A stretch of DNA of 64,000 nucleotides from Schmidtea polychroa. Lineage: Eukaryota. The position numbers and the translations under genes are program-made. The notes beneath the pieces are model-generated. The model did not search any database, was not told the origin of the DNA, and saw nothing but the letters and a program-made list of their open reading frames with translations. This document shows positions 59,401-64,000 of the stretch, piece after piece (position 1 is the stretch's first letter; every line of letters starts with the position of its first letter). The DNA lies in assembly GCA_044892525.1 (NCBI GenBank), contig CM097885.1, positions 234,858,001 through 234,922,000 on the forward strand, in the 5' to 3' direction.

Positions 59401-61778
59401 ACCCAGTTGTACAGTTCATCGGTATTTGTTCCTTTTAATTCAATAGTCTGTATCTGAATCTCGGGGTGTTGAATACTTACTTGATATTGATCTGGGCCTG
59501 CTTCCTTTAGTTTCTCTTTATATTTTGTTGCTAAATCTTTCCATGCTGCCGTTATTATACCTCCTTCACACTGGTATACTTGAGTTATAAGTTTTAAGCA
59601 TTTTCTGTATGTTAACTCGTTGATGTAGCTCTCATTTCGCTCTATTTCTGTTACTGTGTCGAGAATTTCCTCGAATATCTCTTCTTCATCTTTTTCTATC
59701 ATTGATTTCATGTCATCATTTTCACTCTCCTCACTACTTTGAGGTGTTTCACTGTTTGGAGGTGTTTTCGGTTCGTTATTTTCCTCACTTGACTGAAATA
59801 ATTCGCCTCCCAGGCTACTCACCTCACTTTTCTCATCTTCCTGATCCGTCTGATCGCTCCGCATTTGTCTCAGCATGTTTATTTTAGCTTTGGTATGTGG
59901 TTCCTTCTTTTCAAACCACTCATTTTTCCTGAACCAATGCTCTTTCACTTTTTCTTTTATTTGTTCCTCAGTTAATGTAGGATTTTCGTTTTTGATTCTG
60001 TCTTCGATTTTTTGTAGTAGTACCCTCTGAATTCGATTTTTTGTAATTATCTCATTGCTTTTTGGTTCGTCTTTACTCTCATCTCTCTTTTGTCTCCTTT
60101 CTTTCTCCTCTTTGGTAAATTCTTTAATCAATTGTATTTTCTCTTCACTGCTCAATTCTGTTCGTGGATCAATCTCATCTTCTTTTGTCGTTTTTATCTC
60201 CTTGTTTATTATCGGTTCACTCCCGTCGTTGTTAACACACTGCTCCGCAGTGTGCGATTCCTCTTTATTTGTTAATCTCATCATATTTATTCTTCCGGGA
60301 TTCGCTTCCCGTTGTTTCCATCTTTCTTGAATTTCTCTGGCTTCCTCGTTTTGTAATCTTTGCCATTCGACTCGTTGCTGATCTTGTTGTTGCTTACTTG
60401 GTTGGTTCCGGATTTCCTCGGTGCTCTGCATCATGTTGATTCGTTGTTGTTGGTTATTAGTCGGTATTCGCAGGATCATATCTTTTAATTGTTCGATTTC
60501 CTGCATGAGGTTGATTTGTGTGTTCTGAACTGGATTGTTTGATCCTGGTTGATTTGGTTTGGTTCTCATCGTGCATTCTCTTGCCATGTGTCCAGGCTGA
60601 TTACAATTGTAGCAGGTTCTGGTTCCTCCTCTGCTCATAGACATCATGGGTCCTCTGCAGACATTTTCCGTGTGGCCTCTTCTCCCACACTTTTGACACA
60701 TCCTTGCTTTATAACATTCATTGCTCCAATGCCCTGGTCGTTGGCATATGTTGCACGTTCGATTGTTGATGTCGTTGTTCCTGAAATTATTAGTAAAATT
60801 TTGAATATTACCTCCATTGTTTTGGTTTCTTGTTTGTGGAGTTTTGAACAACTGTTGCGATCCTGGGATGAATTGATTCATTACTGGATTTGCATTATTG
60901 ACTTGGTTGTTTGTGGTTGTTGCTGTTGTTGCTGGAGCTGCTGGGGCTGCTGTCATTGCTGCTACTTGTATTGGTGTTAGGTAAGTTTCACATTTGTTAG
61001 CTATTTTTAGTGCTTCTTCCAGCGTCTCTGGTGCTCGGCATCCCAAAGTTGCTCGTATATCCTCCCGTTTCATGCCATCTACGAATACGGCTATTATTTT
61101 GTCTTCCGGAACTGGTTGATTTGAATCGAAGGCTTCTCGTGCTAGTCGTCTCAATTCGCATGCGTACAGTGCGTTGGATTCGTTATATTTCTGCTTTCGA
61201 TGCAGAAAGTCTAACATTTTTCGATTTCCCTCTTTTTCGGTACCGAATGTTTTTATTAAAAATTCCTTGATCTCTTTCCACGTTCTCAACTTAGTTGCAT
61301 CACATTTCGCCTCCAAGTATACATCTTGGGCGCTTCCCTTTAGATATAGGGGTATTCGTTCTCGTACGACTATATCTGGCCAGTGACATATCGTAATGTA
61401 TACTTCGAATTCCTTTATAAACGTTTCCAGCTGGTTTATATTTCCATCGAATGGCTCTCCTCGAAATTTCTCTCTGAATTCTCCAATGTTGACGTGCACA
61501 TTACTTGTTTCCGGTGGGTCCGTTAGCCCTGTTACATTTGGAATTCCGTCTGTCATTATTTCTTGACACAAAATTGTTATATTGGTTGACTCTGAACTAT
61601 TTCCTTCCTCGTCTGATGATTCAATGTCACTTATCGGATCTAGTTCGGTTCGTTTAAGATCGTCGCTGTTCTCAAATTCGTTTGTTAAACTGTCTGATTC
61701 AAATACTGTTTCTACTGATGCTGGCTTCCTGTGTAGTTTTCTGTTGGTCTTGGCCTTTTGTATCTCTTCCTTTTCCAA
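47490..61778 (-). CDS. Giant Gag-Env-Pol polyprotein (4762 codons) with embedded host-derived domains
   Basis: Gag ~61470-60980; 3 CCHC 60573-60756; MATH ~58320-57885; glycoprotein ~56201-54300; protease IDTGA ~53705; RT LDLKSGYWQ / MPFGL / YIDD ~52485; RNase H TDAS; integrase HHCC + MDVVGP / TDQG / ERFN + GPY; ankyrins ~49960-49560; terminal TM ~47795. Track start is TTG; first in-frame ATG is ~61556. Confidence 0.97.
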   Translation of the reverse strand: MEKEEIQKAKTNRKLHRKPASVETVFESDSLTNEFENSDDLKRTELDPISDIESSDEEGNSSESTNITILCQEIMTDGIPNVTGLTDPPETSNVHVNIGEFREKFRGEPFDGNINQLETFIKEFEVYITICHWPDIVVRERIPLYLKGSAQDVYLEAKCDATKLRTWKEIKEFLIKTFGTEKEGNRKMLDFLHRKQKYNESNALYACELRRLAREAFDSNQPVPEDKIIAVFVDGMKREDIRATLGCRAPETLEEALKIANKCETYLTPIQVAAMTAAPAAPATTATTTNNQVNNANPVMNQFIPGSQQLFKTPQTRNQNNGGNIQNFTNNFRNNDINNRTCNICQRPGHWSNECYKARMCQKCGRRGHTENVCRGPMMSMSRGGTRTCYNCNQPGHMARECTMRTKPNQPGSNNPVQNTQINLMQEIEQLKDMILRIPTNNQQQRINMMQSTEEIRNQPSKQQQDQQRVEWQRLQNEEAREIQERWKQREANPGRINMMRLTNKEESHTAEQCVNNDGSEPIINKEIKTTKEDEIDPRTELSSEEKIQLIKEFTKEEKERRQKRDESKDEPKSNEIITKNRIQRVLLQKIEDRIKNENPTLTEEQIKEKVKEHWFRKNEWFEKKEPHTKAKINMLRQMRSDQTDQEDEKSEVSSLGGELFQSSEENNEPKTPPNSETPQSSEESENDDMKSMIEKDEEEIFEEILDTVTEIERNESYINELTYRKCLKLITQVYQCEGGIITAAWKDLATKYKEKLKEAGPDQYQVSIQHPEIQIQTIELKGTNTDELYNWVQEKMGTSHKNKQLYVDGYKVKMGIHLVDAMIWPNETNILTLEKTRDDDSVAEMFKKIQQVFNNEVEPELEKIERKIMKENQIILVKQAIDQTRKYINRLRERWPQLMKQFVKDVRDTEIMRFEDKRATELISKYGEYERTKCEHETIKIKVKLPNEEKQIIEVNPDCQVDELVQIIDQEIIQKARENSEDGMIEDVIIMYNRHMLERGDRTGIYELGIWEDGAVINIIAMDEPSGGHKNATKTEQQVKRFQWGMRAKMDRIIDIYNHWLKDDKLKLAAFNDEDCKLIPWKKVWIESEARWDWEQQKLEPNWIDNIPEEIAAVWVREKPIDTYQDILPQEFQNELPSGEDEEIREPVRLAPFTWKIENWMEKIKSAKEEKITRLVSPPFYSGLGEYKMKLRIYPNGDGIGKGNYVSAFFAICKGNYDDKVPWPFSRKVTIAIEPLKDSLNMHKETLKPDPRSACYQRPTTSENIASGTPKLIRLSYIENEQSKFVKNNAIQIRVEVETEQEMNQRLNIPENQPRICMMRRRVSDSGHLPIDADADEEEAATLLEAQKCKELMEILQNGAKNRRRAVVELAKWIAESCKRIQNLRKIVKAIEEYRRVYVWYPEQFGEIIREWKQQEWAENSPEKYQLKIFMPDFEPMEKEFYTTAKVREVKKRIPYELPFHLQHEGRSLDDDIEIGVTPLQGEIVNRLTVSKIVGRELRRREIKQKSSTQQPGSLDTPEVPNAVSEVTIETTGEDEILDELQEIVEAGEIMRASQSGDLFIDEGEPTTDDLDGFVCAQRQPVETTEAETDLDNVERGANKDVTTTDEWSNWRVDPGATTSKDTTYNPPKRKETGTAMDRRTRGRPKTDKAEIEPKSKVQAQMEQVKTKMDKLSALVKQVKVKTSVREQGTRWINDLLANMLALANPEVKRVMRKDNIPTEAKQLWAVLKPIIMKIMDNKIRLTLKDPVELRLIVEHLLSRSEDQNRFLVGLAYLVYNVIGQYKKRMPKYNATGYEFTVTEIIKRSIEPYILEQGGWRSFIESTGKKDQTEMMQAKLRDLLTEFEGTININDPRASRKGMNAIITTILIWMMCIKGTESFAVYDCDNIKIHEKYSLKDTEDCKAANPRKLQTVMASVSYNVYQEADFIKTMVQECTVTRKIFAHHCGSSSHSTIIEPGLESTVILLSREECEEGFRSGRIHLRQGIEIAAEPGKIKTTRVYTAGRITKGDGTCETGTYTLNGQLVSGVVVIESYEAKLEKYQGYFDPDTQAMKKYPSCLASDRSCSTGMSTLVYHADQKVCRLMLLKTAIFEEIQGKVYSEPKGEAERRAMEELRARKGFREDVITSKLESEVTPTAIISKDDGIGMRFIKNKMVSKCDEMVISTNYKGIYLSRRTLANAVGRLSEKDVKLYLYANNKMDFLYHRGLTSTEKVYHDLLRNDCLLNKEILRTKLAMAITNPDNAIPLLPLQEGYFGRIVGEVMYTYQCKKIMARLPENPTIPRDKCANELEIIHEGKPRFVQAVTRIMNPVGFQPNLFNCSNAYGPMYEKEDGQWVQFPSKTIVVTPKKFGLTELTTELEFKPIDVSQSGLYTPKDLESARAHMLFPAHRQAILSNIVTISGGNNYGESPNYELLLSPSHYQQATANMMKAMWGRFLVFGQMMAGILGIILIIQIVRVILTQMLACFDIYKRERKVNWKLAIGFLPFLAKTMVLHGHSKDIHRIKRLLKILTQMKGTDEEVGRKFKVIMRLEAERTQEKAKRTGKWKKWMNLRRDDDSDNDNDDFNDDDNNQGGAMLINKNTATWENEKMKPWGSPYSQTPYLQAPTNGPMRRPGTMRERIRMGTGRLPIPNIYPTAYEPNWAAMDPTMIKQAKSVEQEVETRTIAVLQTPAGPSLTITVEVNGIEMDAMIDTGANISAINMNMLPGRLWPCIEETTMDVITCSKQSIAVVGRVWSTIEYKGVKVTTYLAVIRQLSVSCIIGTDVMPELLKEIVIDLSSMKLKDKTGQICTMRTEVRCSEKMIIPARTQTICYVKVDNEAKGDMIFEPSQKFEKRRELPLAREIVSINEDNEIPINITNFDEEDKVIYENERLGKLTPMMNIELPEIKSEGADEKELWTIDSELLNKDEKEQLRQLLIEFKDIFAASDLDLGTSDVTQHIIPLTDETPITLRPYRLAEAQKTVAEEEVQKMLDAGVIEPSCSPWQFPVVMVKKKDGTQRFCIDYRRLNAVTKRDTYPLPDINEMLQMLHGAAYFTSLDLKSGYWQIKVKEEDREKTAFTIGKDLYQFKKMPFGLTNAPASFQRCMNFVTHGIKQCMVYIDDLLIYSGTFEQHLIDIRNVFIRLKQWKLKLKPSKCDWAKERVTFLGHIVSAKGKEPDPRNVEKIKNCPIPKTVTQVQEFLGLCGYYRKFIKNYATIAKPIQELTKKDTPFLWEREQQIAFESLRDKLIASPILIHPDFKKPFLLATDASGYASGAVLGQWDEEKRERVIGYYSKTFKKHEKNYSVTEREALAIIQAIKHFKYLLWGHEIIITTDHQPLVWLGQHKEASSRLMRWAMQLQEYSPYIKFKSGKANANADCMSRFVFEELMDHDVRRICLIIAEDIDFTNLKNEQKEDNELKLIIEFLEKNDMKIFNNDDRLKEHMEKNCHRYTIEKGWLLVMDGDKRLMCLPESRRKEIMIQYHDGKLGGHMSAKKTEARLKQKYYWPNMSDDVKEWIKNCLICATRKTTGSKLKPPLKPMPIPPEPMTMIAMDVVGPLPETNSGNVYILVITDYLTKFPEAFAMPDQKARTVARILVEEICCRYGTPKQILTDQGTNFMSEIINEVTNYFRIAKLRTSPYHPQTNGQTERFNGILIDMMSNYVSKHQKDWDEYIKLCLMAYRMSIHSATKMSPFKLMYGRECNMPMDLEYQPPISQYMEIDDYVTKFKERMQEIWKTAGMNIRFNQESYKELHDKKKNVQNHQFKIGDWVIIETPELIPGTAKKLQRNGRGPYEIIYVNENNARVKLVNNPLIRPIYVNTCRCKAVAKTATKDPETRRIITRSQTNATTEPEVSGRLTRSQTRRIFMLRGETSSSAHKGTEAESEADAMARSQATWNMTVKIAREIVPEWADITNKYQVLGKLMLVAERYAKGRRYAEGLQIPTQIYELIRRLPIMFLTSDLSNNWPIHHAVKAGQEKRALEIIRIMENCKQSTNVKNSKGKTPLMKAIAIDASRDVLRELLRTGSTLKEKDNKQRTVLRYAVRSKRPSIVNFITGNATTEEAEVLGQSIEPILEAIRGNLDRTAAILIKWKQNELRAEVIDINQFQNNENIVLRSAIYSRPPMPKTIKAILQRNRTELTGNWWKCTKTHAMKKQLEILVWEWHRKQRKYQGTKEERESIHNDKKEIIKKYEEMIKAANVEDDIFRKTPGERNDDDDDDERMGDNDNNPEENDREQNPEGGETTSDDEELEEDEEDQCRGEDQGFDKTENKKRKSPLHSIVCRNQIQPILLQRIFIILTSICLTETKNMRIVREASQEGEVFMIKVSDYDGNAVGICVQLMEGTGVSCDFRSITKGKIFSSQKRDPRLCGDYDICRDISTEEMELERANETGVHFQLNILEEGIEIEDKGSRSITHVCIREDRDICIITDMTQDHKFFWGEVKPNTPTVVCAGTQGIVVCKGTRTAPRKDKPKSMAMKQDPLRGITTKKPNKSVSTKTTTEQNQTELITTTTWINEVIKDERREVQITINLNKKGEEVITVKNQEGEPIIRICVMDKTGIIDCTTTPIDKGTDVKMETGKRKERYQVCILKKGRGTSVCQPITRQKPQLINIPWIPRDQEGGEKRENHSHLTEKEKERLHQAFKKIKAPETNTTGSTILTTEKTNNGTTIITKMIWITSAIVSTIIALAMIQWIRTTKRCKQKPRNQRKWPKVEKFEYGIPTENLNLEEYEVVEDPGSSGLWMSELPRIPTPNEWTHEVDIYRITDERYGGMRTLHSGPMATLV

Positions 61779-62534
61779 TAAACTGAGGTTTCCTTTACTT
61801 TTTCGCCTCGTTCGGTTAGCTATGCTATCAATTTTTCCTCCTTTTAATATCCTTTGATAAATTTTCTACTTTGTCAATCGAGCTCGATGTTTTCTAAGTA
61901 TTTTTCTCGCTTTAATCTTTACGATTCTCTAACTCTTCTTGGATTTGGTTTTATTAATTTCCTTGATTCTTCGCTTCTAATTGATTTCTCTATATCTCTT
62001 GATTTCTATTGCTTTCTTGATTTCTTTGATTTCTTTCTGAATTGTTTGCTTTATTCTAAAATAATTAACACCTCTAGTACATATCATAAATTCTCTTTAT
62101 TAAACCCTTCATTTACTTTCCCTTTTCCCTTTATTTTACTGTCCCTTCGCTTCAAATTTTCTAGCTTTTCTACACTTCTCGCTATTCGCCCCATTTTGAT
62201 TTTAAGTTGATTTTAAATTATCTATCACTCGTATCAATTATCTATATAGTCGTATCAATTATCTATCCCTTTTATAATTATCATAGAAATATAATATTAA
62301 TCACATAAATATCAAAATAAACATATCATTAATAAATAAAATTCAATAATTCAACTACTATCTATTCGTTCGCTTTTCCCCATCCAAAAACTGGTTTAAT
62401 TTTCGTTTGCGCCGGCGCTTTATCATAATTCTCCTCTACTCATTACATATTTATCGCACTTAATCTATTTCAGTTTAATCAATTTCATAGTTAATCATTG
62501 ATGCTTTGGTTCGCGCGACCTCTACATCCACCTT

Positions 62535-63512
62535 TATTTACCATCGGCTCTCTGGCCGGTTTGTTCAACTCCTTTATTTTCATTTAAATCATTTCACTCA
62601 ATTACCATCGGCTCCTTGGCCGGTTTAATCAACTCATTTTAATCTCATGAAGTCTTTTACGACTCCTAGACGCCTGGGCTTTTACACCATTACGCCATAT
62701 AATCTACTATTACCCATCAACGCTTTGGTTTGTTAGACCTCCGCGTCGGCATCGGCTTCCGGCCGGTTTAATCAAAATTGAAGTCTTTTACGACTCCTAG
62801 ACGCCTGGGCTTTTACACCATTACGCCGTATTCGCGGTCTTCGGTCCCTGACCGGTTTCAAATGCCCTAAATGAGGTTTCTTCAACCCCCAGACGCCTTC
62901 GGTTTTAACACCTACTATCGTCCCTACCGCGATTAAATTGAGTTGACAGTTGACTTTCGGGCTAATCAAAAATTCGAGGCTCCTCCTACTCCAACTCTTA
63001 ATCTGCTGAGGCCTCACAACTGGCTCAATTCTTGGCCGCTTATTGAAAAGAGTCTAATACCGGTAACTCTAATCTCATCGCCGTTTCACTGGGCCTATCG
63101 GTACTCGGTGTGGGCATCCGGGTTTTGTACCGACCCCTGCTAGCAATAATCACGAAGAAAAAACATCCTATCTATCAGGATTTAAAAAACACGGAAATGC
63201 CTAATCGCCTTGATCGTGATTCTCAAAAGTGATGAACCAGATCTCCCGACTAGTGAAGCTAAAAGGAAATTGGGTATGCAGTTGACTCTCGGTCTCCCGC
63301 CTCACAACTGGTCCAATCTTGGTTGCCTGTTGAGTACGAGTCCTTTACCGGTTGACTCGCATCTCACAACCGTTTCACTGGGCTCCTTGATACTCGGTGT
63401 AGGTAACTGGGTCTCTCTCGCTCGCTACCCTTCCGGGTTTTTGTATCAAGTCCCGCTAGCAACTCAAAAAAGTGCGCCCAATACTCGGTGTGGCATCCGG
63501 GTTTTTGTATTG
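62535..63512 (-). repeat. Duplicated blocks in the putative 5' leader
   Basis: catcggct..ggccggttt..tcaa x3; 48-bp gaagtcttttacgactcctagacgcctgggcttttacaccattacgcc x2 (62650, 62780); a diverged ~200-bp block at ~62945-63146 and ~63280-63462. Confidence 0.85.
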
Positions 63513-64000
63513 GGTGATCCAGCATCATCAGTCCCTTGGCTGATAATCTCCTGGACACTACAGTCCGGTGGTTAGCCGCTGTACTCGGGTGCCTCATCAC
63601 TCGCTAGGGAAAAATCATTATTCTCATCTGATTTGAAGTCCAAAAACGGTTTCTTCAAATCCGCAGCTGCTCTCGGATTAAATTTTTAGCATTTAGCGCG
63701 CGTTTTTCAATTTTTATTTTATTTTCTATTTTTATTTACCCTTTTAGTCAACCCCAGTCTCCCAGACAAAAAAAATATAATAATCGCGTTCGTTCATTTC
63801 CCACAAGTGGTGATCAGTCACTCGACAGAAACTCCCCAACATTTGCGATGGATCCTACTACATTCTCTTGTCAGGGTGATCAGGATTTCCCCATCCGGGC
63901 AAGTGTCGTAAGGACGATTCACTTGTCATCCCCTCATTGTCGTATCACTCTATGCCAAAATAATAAAACAGGAAGAAAAGAAAATTGGAAGTAAAAATCG

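Larger units (their letters stand above)
40333..64000 (-). mobile_element. Giant Ty3/Gypsy LTR retroelement (Burro-like). Extends beyond the right edge; 3' UTR/LTR probably continues left toward ~34 kb.
   Basis: PR-RT-RH-IN order in a 14.3-kb ORF plus six co-oriented ORFs with the same A-rich sense-strand bias. LTR termini, PBS and PPT not identified. Confidence 0.92.

Noticed and set aside
40367..62210. Many + strand ORFs (e.g. 45742-46644, 40367-41011, 53410-53871)
   Set aside because: Antisense shadows of the A-rich minus-strand ORFs; no motifs.
63500..63545. CTGATGA on the minus strand as a hammerhead (also at ~32524)
   Set aside because: No properly placed stem II plus GAAA, and no supporting stems I and III.

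Overview
AT-rich eukaryotic (animal) genomic DNA. Its low GC, long (AAT)n tracts, a 49-nt intron and the transposon mix suggest a freshwater planarian or similar flatworm; this is inference. The left ~34 kb is mostly decayed transposons: piggyBac, Gypsy, Phantom-type Mutator, hAT, Tc1/pogo MITE, Penelope-like copies with hammerhead ribozymes, and a Polinton-type pPolB remnant. It also holds a small FoxK-like FHA gene. The right ~24-30 kb is a giant Ty3/Gypsy-type retroelement on the minus strand with uninterrupted ORFs; it resembles the 'Burro' giant LTR elements reported from Schmidtea, and its LTR ends cannot be placed here. A single 4762-codon ORF encodes, in order: Gag (3 CCHC), ubiquitin-like domains, TRAF-type MATH, a Bcl-2-like domain, a chuvirus/gB-like envelope glycoprotein placed BETWEEN Gag and protease, PR-RT-RNaseH-IN, ankyrin repeats and a second type-I membrane protein. 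Six co-oriented accessory ORFs follow, including a full TRAF, a BIR-BIR-UBA-RING IAP and a receptor-like membrane protein. They are separated by 76-208-nt spacers that share a TGTAAATA motif 16-18 nt after the stop and an AG acceptor just before the next ATG. Overall it looks like an enveloped, virus-like retroelement carrying an operon-like apoptosis/TNF-signalling cassette.
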